A stretch of 39,645 bases of DNA from a virus (Duplodnaviria; Caudoviricetes), in IMG/VR virus record IMGVR_UViG_3300012921_000082; one strand, given 5' to 3'. Numbering within the stretch: the first letter of the stretch is position 1; every line of letters begins with the position of its first letter. The translations under genes were made by a program, and so were the position numbers. Shown here piece after piece: positions 1 through 8,065 of the stretch. The notes beneath the pieces were generated by a model that saw only the letters and a program-made list of their open reading frames with translations, had not been told where the DNA came from and made no database searches.

Positions 1-1176
1 CTAGGCTGCGGTGAGGTAGACAGACTCTCCGAACGGCGTCTTTGCCGCCAGATCATCGAACGTTCGACTGTCGCCAAACACCGCCCAGATCACCGGGCAA
101 TTCGGAGCCTTGCCGAAATCATGAACGTAGAGGTCGGTGAAGAAAACGACTGCGGATGCGTCACCGGCATTCTTCGATATCCACTCGAAGACGCCAGAGA
201 TCGCGGTACCGCCGCCGCCTTTTGGATCGAGTGCAAGCTCGTCACCGGCTTCATACGTCTCGACGCGCTGCACCTTCGTGTCGGCGTAGATCACGGTGAT
301 GCGATCGACCATGCCGTCGCCGAACGCGCCATTGATCTCGGATGCAAAGGCAGTCAGCGCCTTGGCGTCGATCGAGCCCGAGGTGTCGACGCACACCACC
401 AGATGAGCAACGCCATCCGATATGACGCCAGGCAGCACCATGTTCTGGTGCAAGAACCGGCGGTTCGGCCGCGCCCACGAGAAGTCCTTCACGTTGCTCT
501 CGTCGATGAAACGCCGCAGCACTGAGCGCCAGTCGATCACGGGCCGGGTCAGGCGATTGATCAGCCGCTTCAAGCCGGCCGGCATATTGCCCGCCATCTT
601 CCCGTTGGCGATCGCCGCCGCCTGCCGCACCCTCGTCTCGATGTCGGCCTTCGCGTCGGCCAGGCCGGCCTCATCGAATGGCGAGCACGCGTCGATCACG
701 CCGCCGCATCCGCCCGGGTCGTTGCCCTGCTGCTGACCGCCGCCGCCATTCTGTTGCGCTTCCTCTTCGAGGATACGACACACCTCCTCTGCACCCATGC
801 CAGTGAAGCGCGGATTGAGCAGGCCGCCCTTGGGCATGGAGCCGACATTGGTCTCGGACAACTCACCGTTGATGCAGTAGTCCGCCGCGATGTTCCAAAG
901 CCGAGCGTCGCGCATCTGCCGGCGAATGTGGTGCTGCAGCGCGTTGTGCATCACCTCGTGCGCCAGAACGAAGATCAGCTCCTGCTTGGTCAGGCTCTCC
1001 ACGAACGGGCCGTGGACGTAGAGCCGCTTCCCGTCGGTGGCCATCGTGTCGATGCGCGGATCGCCCGTGGCGTCGACCAGTTCGAGCTGGATGGCGAGCG
1101 TGGCGAAGAACGGATGATCCCACAGCAGCGACGTGCGGGCGGCGAGCAATTTGTCTTCGACTGCTTTGCTAAGCAT
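1..1176 (-). CDS. Putative metallopeptidase + VWA domain protein (DUF2201-like), MoxR partner
   Basis: N-terminal HEVMH (HEXXH) followed by WNIAADYCIN; Q/G-rich linker; C-terminal VWA with MIDAS DTSGS, GGGT and FTD motifs; ATG at 1176 with AAGGA SD, overlapping the upstream stop. Confidence 0.88.
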   Translation of the reverse strand: MLSKAVEDKLLAARTSLLWDHPFFATLAIQLELVDATGDPRIDTMATDGKRLYVHGPFVESLTKQELIFVLAHEVMHNALQHHIRRQMRDARLWNIAADYCINGELSETNVGSMPKGGLLNPRFTGMGAEEVCRILEEEAQQNGGGGQQQGNDPGGCGGVIDACSPFDEAGLADAKADIETRVRQAAAIANGKMAGNMPAGLKRLINRLTRPVIDWRSVLRRFIDESNVKDFSWARPNRRFLHQNMVLPGVISDGVAHLVVCVDTSGSIDAKALTAFASEINGAFGDGMVDRITVIYADTKVQRVETYEAGDELALDPKGGGGTAISGVFEWISKNAGDASAVVFFTDLYVHDFGKAPNCPVIWAVFGDSRTFDDLAAKTPFGESVYLTAA

Positions 1177-1477
1177 CGGGATATTCCTTCTCAACTTGCT
1201 GATGGATCATGAACGCGACAGCGGCGGAAACTTCGGCAGCGGATAGCCGAGACTTCAGTAGCGTCGCGCAGGAGAGCTTTGACCAAGTGCTCGGTTGCTG
1301 ATCGGCGCGGCACGTCAACACCAGCCAACAACGATCACGGCCACGGAGATAGAGATAGTATCGGCGGTCTCCTGACATGCGCCCGAATTGCCAGAACATC
1401 GTCGGACCCAGGCTTGTCGAAAACGACGTGGTGAACCCTGTCGGAACAAGGTGCGAAAGCCATTGCGCCCGGGTCAC
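1169..1477 (-). CDS. Small paralogue family member A (hypothetical)
   Basis: GTGA overlap with upstream stop; motifs FWQF, RYYLYLRGRDRCW and C-terminal LKSRLSAAEVSAAVAFMI shared with neighbours. Confidence 0.75.
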   Translation of the reverse strand: MTRAQWLSHLVPTGFTTSFSTSLGPTMFWQFGRMSGDRRYYLYLRGRDRCWLVLTCRADQQPSTWSKLSCATLLKSRLSAAEVSAAVAFMIHQQVEKEYPDA

Positions 1478-1752
1478 GACAGCCCTCCCTCGCGGATCGA
1501 AGCCGCCATGCAGGCAGCGATCTCCGAAGGCAGGAGCATTAGCTTGAGAATTGCCACCTGACGGTCGTTGACCGCATACCTCCTCACGTGACCACCGGGC
1601 GTGAACCGCTCACATCGGTATGCCGTGAACCCGCGCTCGCTCTCCCAATAGCGGAGTTCATAGAAGACCAGAGGAGCAACTTGGCCGGGCTTCTTGAGGT
1701 GCCATTGGAAACGACCGGCATGCTGGCACACCGTGTAGTGCTTGAGCTTCAT
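1474..1752 (-). CDS. Small paralogue family member B (hypothetical)
   Basis: Start MKLKHY at ATGA overlap (1752); FQWHL, FYELRYWESERGF, LKLMLLPSEIAACMAASI. Confidence 0.75.
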   Translation of the reverse strand: MKLKHYTVCQHAGRFQWHLKKPGQVAPLVFYELRYWESERGFTAYRCERFTPGGHVRRYAVNDRQVAILKLMLLPSEIAACMAASIREGGLS

Positions 1753-2072
1753 GACTGATCTCGCGGATCGTAGATCGAGGCGGCCATGCAGCGGGCAAGC
1801 AATTCTGGTGGCAGGGCCGCCTGGAACGCATCGACCGTATCTGCTGATACGGGTCCCCGGAAATCTTCCCAGCTCCCTCGGCGAGAACGAATGAAACGGA
1901 TGCCGAGCGCGAAAAACCGATGTGGTGGAGAGTAGATCAGTTCGTACGTCCAGCGAGGATAATCCCAGCCACGGGTATGCCAACGGAACCTGAACTGATC
2001 GCCTTTGCAGCGCGGTCCGAACAGTTCGCGACGGATGGTTTCGGCATCAATGCACTCGATCAAATTGGGCAT
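1749..2072 (-). CDS. Small paralogue family member C (hypothetical)
   Basis: Start MPNLIE with AGGA SD; FRWHT, TYELIYSPPHRFF, FQAALPPELLARCMAASI. Confidence 0.75.
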   Translation of the reverse strand: MPNLIECIDAETIRRELFGPRCKGDQFRFRWHTRGWDYPRWTYELIYSPPHRFFALGIRFIRSRRGSWEDFRGPVSADTVDAFQAALPPELLARCMAASIYDPRDQS

Positions 2073-2101
2073 GATGGGTTCCTGTTTCACCAGCGGCAAT
2101 C

Positions 2102-2401
2102 TCAGAACGGAAGGTCTTCCTCTTCCGGCGGCGGCGCAGTCATCGCCCTCCGCATGCATCCGGCAACATCTTCATCGGAGAGCATTCCTTGGAAGGCTTG
2201 GCGCTGCTCAGGATCATCGATGCTGACGACCTCAACTACTTTTTGCCGAGAGAGTAAGAAGCGCCTCTCCGACAACATGAAGGTGAGGAAGTAGCGGTGT
2301 TCCAGGGCCGGCGACTTCCACTTGATCGGCTCGAACCACCAACGATTGACATCCACCTTCTTGATTTCGAAATATTCATTGATGAACTCTTGCGTCATCA
2401 T
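2102..2401 (-). CDS. Small paralogue family member D (hypothetical)
   Basis: ATGA overlap; RWWF, RYFLTFMLSERRF, FQGMLSDEDVAGCMRRAM; acidic EEEDLPF tail. Confidence 0.78.
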   Translation of the reverse strand: MMTQEFINEYFEIKKVDVNRWWFEPIKWKSPALEHRYFLTFMLSERRFLLSRQKVVEVVSIDDPEQRQAFQGMLSDEDVAGCMRRAMTAPPPEEEDLPF

Positions 2402-2724
2402 CGTCCGTGTCTCCTATGAAATTCGAGTGCCAGGCGGGTGGCCTCGGCTATGTCTTCGGGCTTGAGTTTGGCGCGCAGCATGGGTGTGACGCGACCGCTC
2501 AATGGTGGTGTTGCAACCGGCAGCGCAGCCAGTTTCGCGGCCTTCTCTTCATCGCCCGGATGGCCGGGCAATGCTTTCGTGCTGAACCGACGGCTGTCGA
2601 ACCAGAAGGCGAGATGCCAGCGTGCGTACTCGCCGTTCGTGCGCAGGCCGGAAAAGCTCCACGCCAGCCGATCTTCGCGACAGGTTTTGCTGCTCGGGCC
2701 CCAGATGACCTTAATCTCAGCCAT
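2398..2724 (-). CDS. Small paralogue family member E (hypothetical)
   Basis: Start MAEIKV at TGATG overlap; WGP, LAWSF, RWHLAFWFDSRRF, LRAKLKPEDIAEATRLAL. Confidence 0.78.
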   Translation of the reverse strand: MAEIKVIWGPSSKTCREDRLAWSFSGLRTNGEYARWHLAFWFDSRRFSTKALPGHPGDEEKAAKLAALPVATPPLSGRVTPMLRAKLKPEDIAEATRLALEFHRRHGR

Positions 2725-3110
2725 CAGCGTACCGCCTTCATTGCGAGACGGGCGGCAAAGGCGATGTCCTCTTTCGACAGGCGAGGTTTCAGGATGTCGA
2801 GGTAAGTCCGGCCGTAGAGCATGGGCTTGTCCGGAACATACGCATCGACAAAGGCGGGGTCGAGCAAGGGCTTCTCCCACTTCCCGCCGACCTTGATGGC
2901 CTCGGCCATCGGCAGGGCGAAAGCAGACCATTCTCTTTCCCGGACCTTGAACCGCACGCACCAGCGGCCCATCGAATTGTCCTCGCGGATGCCGAAGAAA
3001 TGCCAATCAACCTGTCGGACCCAACCATGTGGCGGGTTGACGACAGCCTGACCTACTCGATCTTCCGACCGCCCGAACGGTCCATAGAGGGCGCGGAGGA
3101 AGACAGTCAT
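2724..3110 (-). CDS. Small paralogue family member F (hypothetical)
   Basis: ATGA overlap; YGP, VDWHF, RWCVRFKVREREW, LKPRLSKEDIAFAARLAM. Confidence 0.78.
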   Translation of the reverse strand: MTVFLRALYGPFGRSEDRVGQAVVNPPHGWVRQVDWHFFGIREDNSMGRWCVRFKVREREWSAFALPMAEAIKVGGKWEKPLLDPAFVDAYVPDKPMLYGRTYLDILKPRLSKEDIAFAARLAMKAVR

Positions 3111-3454
3111 CCTTGCCGCCTCCCCGTGATGCCAAGGGCGGTGGCAAAGCCAATCTCCGCCGCCGGCAGCATCGCCTTGAGAGCGGTGAGTAAATCGCCA
3201 CGAGGCAGGTCGCTGCGCCCAATGGCGACGTGCTGGTAGAAGCGCCGGATTGTTGAGACGTGCGCTTGATCGCCGATATCCGATTTCAGCGCCTGGACGG
3301 TGAACTTCCGCGTCTCAGCCTTGTATCGCAGCCGGTAGCGCAAAAGCTGCTGGTTGCGGTTTTCGGCCACGAACTCCCACGCCAGGTCGAAGGCTGTATA
3401 TTTGCCCTCGTAGTACCGCGTCGGGCCGGCAATCCATATGATTGGCGCACTCAT
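3107..3454 (-). CDS. Small paralogue family member G (hypothetical)
   Basis: Start MSAPII at ATGA overlap; AGP, LAWEF, RYRLRYKAETRKF, LKAMLPAAEIGFATALGI. Confidence 0.78.
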   Translation of the reverse strand: MSAPIIWIAGPTRYYEGKYTAFDLAWEFVAENRNQQLLRYRLRYKAETRKFTVQALKSDIGDQAHVSTIRRFYQHVAIGRSDLPRGDLLTALKAMLPAAEIGFATALGITGRRQG

Positions 3455-3672
3455 GACGGTTGCCTGTTCTGCTGTTGCCACCAGTGGAGATAGCAGTTCC
3501 GCTGCTCCGCCTTCGGACACCCTTCCCACCACAGCCGGCACGTCCCCGGCCCGGCTTGTGGATCACGGCCGCAGGTCTTGGCGCCCTTCCGAACCGGTCG
3601 GTATGACCATGTCGACTGCAGCGGGTCATCGAACAGGCGGGGCTCACCCGCCTGCTGTGCGTTCTTGTTCAT
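3451..3672 (-). CDS. Small Cys/Trp-rich hypothetical protein
   Basis: ATG 3672 with GAGG SD just after the AAA gene; C-x10-C-x6-C-x7-C-x2-H; stop overlaps next start. Confidence 0.6.
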   Translation of the reverse strand: MNKNAQQAGEPRLFDDPLQSTWSYRPVRKGAKTCGRDPQAGPGTCRLWWEGCPKAEQRNCYLHWWQQQNRQPS

Positions 3673-3683
3673 CACCGGCGACC

Positions 3684-4676
3684 TCAGTTGAAGGTGACGT
3701 CCTGATTGCGGACGGCCCAATCCGTGAACACCTGCGTATGAGAAAGCTTGTTGTCGCGCCGGACCGCATCGACCGTGAACATGATCTCGAACTCGCGACC
3801 TTGGATACGCTGTGCGTAGATCATGCCGTTCTCGAAGCTCTTGGCATCCACCTTGCGGGCCAGGCCGGAAGCCATGGCGTACTTGGCGGCAGGCTCAGAT
3901 GGCACCGGTGCAGAGTTCGGATTAGCAAGCACCAGATCAAGCGAAGGAAGCTGCTGGTAGACGCGAATGAACCCCTCGAACTCGGCCGCGGCGCCATCAC
4001 CAACAATTCCCCTCACCGCCTCACTGCGCAGCGCTTCGGGAGCTTTGATCACCTTGGCAACGCTCTCCCAGGCACGCGGCGTCGGGAACGCACGTAGATC
4101 GGCCGCGCCTTCCATGTTGTGCAGGAGCGCCGGCCGAAAACGCAGAAAGGCAAGCAGCAGCGGATCCACGTCGATATCGATGAAATGCTGAACCGTGGTG
4201 TCGACATCCGGGTCGATATCGATGTGAGCGAAGCGGTTGGCCAGAGCGGAAGGCATACGCTGCGCAGCCGCCTTGTCGGACTGCCGGTTGCCTGCTGCAA
4301 TGATGCGCCAGCCGGGAGGCATCGTGTATTCGCCGACCTTCCGGTCCAGCACGAGACCGAAGGCTGCAGCCTGCATCGAGGGAGCCGCAACGTTCAGTTC
4401 ATCCAGGAAGAGAAACCCGCGCTCGCCGTCGCGCTCCACTTGCGGGAACTCATCCGGCACCTTCCATTTGGCAGTCTCACCCTCGACCGAGGGAATACCC
4501 ATCAGCGCGACCGGGTCACGTGTCGAGCAGCGAAAGTCGATCACGTTGACGCCCTGCTCTTTGGCGAGCTGTTTGATGAGCGAGGACTTGCCCACGCCCG
4601 GCATGCCCCACAGGAATGCGGCGAGATCGGCGTAGATGTAGAGCGACAGCAGTTCTTTGGCGCGCTTGAGGTTCAT
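3684..4676 (-). CDS. MoxR-like AAA+ ATPase (AAA_5 type)
   Basis: Walker A GMPGVGKS, Walker B FLFLDE, AAGN sensor I, ALANRF arginine finger, TPRAW sensor II; GGAGA SD. Confidence 0.92.
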   Translation of the reverse strand: MNLKRAKELLSLYIYADLAAFLWGMPGVGKSSLIKQLAKEQGVNVIDFRCSTRDPVALMGIPSVEGETAKWKVPDEFPQVERDGERGFLFLDELNVAAPSMQAAAFGLVLDRKVGEYTMPPGWRIIAAGNRQSDKAAAQRMPSALANRFAHIDIDPDVDTTVQHFIDIDVDPLLLAFLRFRPALLHNMEGAADLRAFPTPRAWESVAKVIKAPEALRSEAVRGIVGDGAAAEFEGFIRVYQQLPSLDLVLANPNSAPVPSEPAAKYAMASGLARKVDAKSFENGMIYAQRIQGREFEIMFTVDAVRRDNKLSHTQVFTDWAVRNQDVTFN

Positions 4677-4685
4677 TGATAGAGT

Positions 4686-4712
4686 TCTCCATTATTTGCC
4701 ATGCTTGGCGGG
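4686..4712 (-). promoter_or_regulatory. Pre-SD hairpin motif copy 1
   Basis: CCC-GCCA-AGCA-TGGC-7 nt-GGAGA before the AAA gene. Confidence 0.7.
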
Positions 4713-5000
4713 TTGGGATGAGGCTAGGAGTGGGGGCAGCGGCTCCAGACGCGGAAACGGCTGTCCTATCTTGTTGAATTCGATAGTGACCCGGCGGAGG
4801 GGGTAACCCCGCGACCGTGATCGGTCCTCCCGGATCGCGTCGATCTGCGCTTGCACGTAGATCCAGCGCTCGCCGTTATCGACGCGGGGTTTGTTGTCTT
4901 CCGAATGTGTGATCAGGAACCACGCATCGGAGATTAGCTCCTTGTGTATTTCGCCGTCGATCTCGCGGCGGACGTACTCGCCGATCGATTCTCCTGGCAT
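4692..5000 (-). CDS. Hypothetical protein
   Basis: 102-aa ORF packed in the operon, 3 nt from the upstream stop. Confidence 0.6.
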   Translation of the reverse strand: MPGESIGEYVRREIDGEIHKELISDAWFLITHSEDNKPRVDNGERWIYVQAQIDAIREDRSRSRGYPLRRVTIEFNKIGQPFPRLEPLPPLLASSQPAKHGK

Positions 5001-5003
5001 TGG

Positions 5004-5396
5004 TCAGAACCAGACGCGGCGGCGGAAAAGCACTGCTGGTCCGCAGATAGGTGGCATGGTTGCGGCGTCGTAGTTGTCCGGGTCGTGAGTGCGGATGTTG
5101 TTGTGATAGATGTCCGTCGCACGGACGTTCCGGATCATCTTGCCGTTGATCGCCGAGCGGTCCCCGACGAACATGTCGACATATTCGCCATCCACGAACA
5201 CCCGGACGCGTTCCATGCGCTCTCCGGCGAGATGCGGCTCGATCACAGCACGAAGGGCATCGAGGCTTGGCCGAGCCGTCAACTGGGTTTGGCGCTGCTG
5301 CACCTCCCCTATCTCGGGAATGACAAAATAGTCGGTCAACATGTCGGCCGCCCAAGCAACGAGCCAGTTGGGATCGACTTCGCTAAGGTGAGGCAT
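5004..5396 (-). CDS. Hypothetical protein, possibly DUF3846-like
   Basis: LDALRAVI..., N.RAT.IY and ICGPAVLF pattern recalled from this phage family; start uncertain. Confidence 0.55.
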   Translation of the reverse strand: MPHLSEVDPNWLVAWAADMLTDYFVIPEIGEVQQRQTQLTARPSLDALRAVIEPHLAGERMERVRVFVDGEYVDMFVGDRSAINGKMIRNVRATDIYHNNIRTHDPDNYDAATMPPICGPAVLFRRRVWF

Positions 5397-5400
5397 CGCA

Positions 5401-5586
5401 TCACTGCACCAGCGGTTGGTTGGCATCAATCTTGGCTTGGATACGAGCGATCCGCGCGTCATCTTCCGGTGTCGAACCGAAGAACGCGCAGTCGTCTCGC
5501 AAAGTATCCAGCCAGAGGCGCAGATCGGATATCTCGTGGAGCTCTAACCGGCCCTCTCGATCGAGCAGTTCCTGCAGGTGGCTCAT
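5401..5586 (-). CDS. Hypothetical protein
   Basis: 61-aa helical ORF, ATGA-coupled to the upstream gene. Confidence 0.6.
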   Translation of the reverse strand: MSHLQELLDREGRLELHEISDLRLWLDTLRDDCAFFGSTPEDDARIARIQAKIDANQPLVQ

Positions 5587-5792
5587 TGGATCACCGGCTG
5601 GTTGGCGACGATCGTCACATCCGCGTTCGTGGCGAGGTCGATCACGCGGATGCCCTCGATGCCGTCGACCTGGTCGTCAGCAAGCGTGGTCTGGTCGGCG
5701 TGATAGGCTGCGAGTGCAGCGGCGGGTGATGCAGCTGTGACGACGTGATACTCCGTGCAGCGCGTCGACACGGCGACGTGGTAGCGTTTCAT
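5583..5792 (-). CDS. Hypothetical protein
   Basis: Start MKRYHV with AGGAGA SD, upstream hairpin motif and ATGA overlap. Confidence 0.7.
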   Translation of the reverse strand: MKRYHVAVSTRCTEYHVVTAASPAAALAAYHADQTTLADDQVDGIEGIRVIDLATNADVTIVANQPVIQ

Positions 5793-6061
5793 AACGGGTC
5801 TCCTTTTTTCGCATGATTGCGGGGCGTGCCTGGGTGGCACGGATGGTGGCTCACTCCGGTGAAGTGGCGCCCGTTTCGATTGCCCCAGTGCCAAGCTTTG
5901 CAGCCTAGGCAGTAAAAGATGCCGACGGGCGCAAACAAACCGAGCATGCCAACTGTGCGAAGCGCCCAAACGGCGTTCACTGCGTCAGCAGGGGTGGCGT
6001 ACGGGACTTTCGGAGTACGCCGGCACTGCTTGCGCCGCTTTCCAAGAAAGCCGAGCGGCAT
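5789..6061 (-). CDS. Small putative Zn-binding phage protein
   Basis: C...K.PYAT..DA...YCLGCKAWH pattern; start 1 nt after the upstream stop. Confidence 0.62.
   Translation of the reverse strand: MPLGFLGKRRKQCRRTPKVPYATPADAVNAVWALRTVGMLGLFAPVGIFYCLGCKAWHWGNRNGRHFTGVSHHPCHPGTPRNHAKKGDPL
5799..5824 (-). promoter_or_regulatory. Pre-SD hairpin motif copy 2
   Basis: CCC-CGCA-ATCA-TGCG-6 nt-GGAGA. Confidence 0.7.
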
Positions 6062-6062
6062 G

Positions 6063-6386
6063 TTACCGGCCCTTCGCCTTCGCAAGAGCCGCATGGCCGG
6101 CGTCGGAAAGTACTTTCAGCCCTTTCCAGTTCTCGTTTAGGCCGCTGGTCTGCCGCTCGTCTATCTCGATGTCGATCTCATGCAGGATTGCCCCGAGCGC
6201 CGCGCGCATCTCCTTTGCGGCTGACAGCAGATAGGCGTTGGCAAGCGCGTCTCCGTTCGCCTTGCCACCCTTTGAGCCGATGCGGTGGACACCGCAGATG
6301 ACGACTGCCGGGGTGGTGAGCGCTACAATGCGGACGAGGCGTCCATTGCTCACCGACCACGTGCCGTCCGTGGGTTGCGATTTCAT
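6063..6386 (-). CDS. Hypothetical phage protein
   Basis: GGAGA SD and hairpin motif; T.G.W start and ANAYLLSAAKEM...AALAKAKG, a variant of the common phage ANARLIAAAPEL motif. Confidence 0.75.
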   Translation of the reverse strand: MKSQPTDGTWSVSNGRLVRIVALTTPAVVICGVHRIGSKGGKANGDALANAYLLSAAKEMRAALGAILHEIDIEIDERQTSGLNENWKGLKVLSDAGHAALAKAKGR

Positions 6387-6391
6387 CGTGT

Positions 6392-6416
6392 TCTCCATGA
6401 TCGCATGATTGCGGGG
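6392..6416 (-). promoter_or_regulatory. Pre-SD hairpin motif copy 3
   Basis: CCC-CGCA-ATCA-TGCG-5 nt-GGAGA. Confidence 0.7.
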
Positions 6417-6432
6417 TTTGGAGGCGGCTGCT

Positions 6433-6693
6433 TCAGCCGCCGCCGGTATCAATTTCGATTGATCTGGGAGTCATTTCCTCGTCCACCCAAAACAAATCGT
6501 CTTCGCCGCAAGCGACATAAAGCACGCAGTTTGGAAGGATGGTGGGTAGAAAATTACCTTTGGCATCGATCGATGTTACGCCACAGAATGGCTGATGATC
6601 AGTGCTCGATTGCGAAAACTGACGGCGGAGACTGTCCCGGGCGCAGTTTAGAAGATCAAGGTATTGCTCGCCGGTCATACGCATCGAGGTCAC
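6433..6693 (-). CDS. Hypothetical protein
   Basis: 86-aa ORF with GTGA overlap to the upstream stop; visibly more AT-rich than its neighbours. Confidence 0.55.
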   Translation of the reverse strand: MTSMRMTGEQYLDLLNCARDSLRRQFSQSSTDHQPFCGVTSIDAKGNFLPTILPNCVLYVACGEDDLFWVDEEMTPRSIEIDTGGG

Positions 6694-7598
6694 GCCAAAA
6701 AACCGGAAACCTGATCGAGGATCTTCTTCGCCTCGGCCGCCACATCCTTGCGGACACCTTCGTTCTCGCGCAGCACTTGCGCGTCCCAGGCGGCGAGCGG
6801 ACGCAGGCGATCGACCATGGCGGTCAGTTCCGGATCACCAGTGATGTTCAGCATCGGCAGCACTTCGATCAGGTCGCGGACGTTGAGGACGAGCGAGTCG
6901 CGGAAGGCGCCTTCCGTCTGGTCTCCTTTACGCGCGGCGGGGCGGTAGGCGGTAAGCCGTTCCGCCATCCTGCCGGCGACATCGGCGACACGGCGATAGA
7001 CATCACGGACCGCGGTGGCCGCACCCTCGCGCACCTGGCGCTCGATATCCGCCCGGATGACGTCCGCTTGAGCTTCGGACATTGAGACACGGAAGTCTTC
7101 CGGCGTCGGCACGGGCAGCTTGCGCAACTCCATGCTGTAGCGATCGCGCAGTGAGTCGACCGTTGGATAGTCGGCGTCCTTAAACAGGCCGGACATCCGG
7201 TCCGGAGCGCTGCGGACCAGTTCCGGATATGAGGCGATGAACTCGCCCACGGCGTCCATGAATTTCTGCTTCTGGAGCGACAGCCAGCGGTCGTTCGCCA
7301 TGATCGCGGCCGCATTCATGATCCGGCCGCCGCCATCCATCCAAGGCAGAGTGCGCTTGTCGAACTCGGCGCGCGTGGCGCTGACGATCGACTGGATCGG
7401 TTGCAACGCCTCCTTCGGCAGCAGCAGCTTGTTGAACCGGCCGGCGTCGGCAGACGCACCATGCTCGCGGTTCACTTCGTCGGTGATCTGGCGATCGAGG
7501 CGACGGCCAGACCACTGCGTGATGTGCAGCGACACGACCACGGCGCGCGCAGCGAGTGTGGCGGTGACGGATGACGGAATACGGGCATGAGCGTTCAT
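6690..7598 (-). CDS. DUF3150-like protein
   Basis: Start MNAHAR with GGAGA SD; WSGRRLD, K.LL, TLPW..GGRI, DYP..D.LR.RY, LNITGDPEL pattern recalled from DUF3150-like mobile-element proteins. Confidence 0.7.
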   Translation of the reverse strand: MNAHARIPSSVTATLAARAVVVSLHITQWSGRRLDRQITDEVNREHGASADAGRFNKLLLPKEALQPIQSIVSATRAEFDKRTLPWMDGGGRIMNAAAIMANDRWLSLQKQKFMDAVGEFIASYPELVRSAPDRMSGLFKDADYPTVDSLRDRYSMELRKLPVPTPEDFRVSMSEAQADVIRADIERQVREGAATAVRDVYRRVADVAGRMAERLTAYRPAARKGDQTEGAFRDSLVLNVRDLIEVLPMLNITGDPELTAMVDRLRPLAAWDAQVLRENEGVRKDVAAEAKKILDQVSGFLA

Positions 7599-7606
7599 GC
7601 TTCTGG

Positions 7607-7632
7607 TCTCCATGGGTGCCATGATTGGCGGG
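7607..7632 (-). promoter_or_regulatory. Pre-SD hairpin motif copy 4
   Basis: CCC-GCCA-ATCA-TGGC-6 nt-GGAGA before the DUF3150-like gene. Confidence 0.7.
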
Positions 7633-7690
7633 GTTAAACGACAGAGCGACCTATCGCTTGACGAGAACGTGCCGTGAACGTGGCACGGAG

Positions 7691-8065
7691 TCAAGGCGCT
7701 TCTTTGTACCGTGGCGTGTCAGGCAGCACGCCGACCATGCGCACGCGCGTGGCGTCGGCAATATCCTCACCTGTCAGCAGCGAGATCGCGGCGTCCACCA
7801 GCCTGTCACCCTTGAAGCGCGGGAAATCGAGCGAGGGATAGGCGTAAATATCGGCAGGGATTTTGTATCGCTCGAAATTGGATGAATACGTCTGTGGCAC
7901 GTCAAAGTATGGACGTGAACGCGCGGCGGCGCGGCGTGTGACCGCGTCGACCGTTACCTCTTGACGGCTCTGGAATCCGGCTTCGCCAATGAAGACGAAC
8001 CAGAATTTCAGTTTTGAGGCTGTCACCTGCCGCGCGTAGGGACCAATCAAGAGATGTTCCATCAT
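7691..8065 (-). CDS. Small paralogue family member H (detached, most divergent)
   Basis: IGP, FWFVF, RQEVTVDAVTRRA and C-terminal ISLLTGEDIADATRVRM resembling member E. Confidence 0.68.
   Translation of the reverse strand: MMEHLLIGPYARQVTASKLKFWFVFIGEAGFQSRQEVTVDAVTRRAAARSRPYFDVPQTYSSNFERYKIPADIYAYPSLDFPRFKGDRLVDAAISLLTGEDIADATRVRMVGVLPDTPRYKEAP

Noticed and set aside
2725-3006. Long N-terminal extensions of ORF-track calls (2398-3006, 1474-1983, 14535, 19918, 22812, 28668, 34105)
   Set aside because: They overlap neighbouring real genes; internal starts with stop-start coupling or an SD fit better
1169-3454. Diversity-generating retroelement or integron as the source of the paralogue array
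   Set aside because: No reverse transcriptase, integrase, near-identical DNA repeats or attC-like spacers; genes overlap directly
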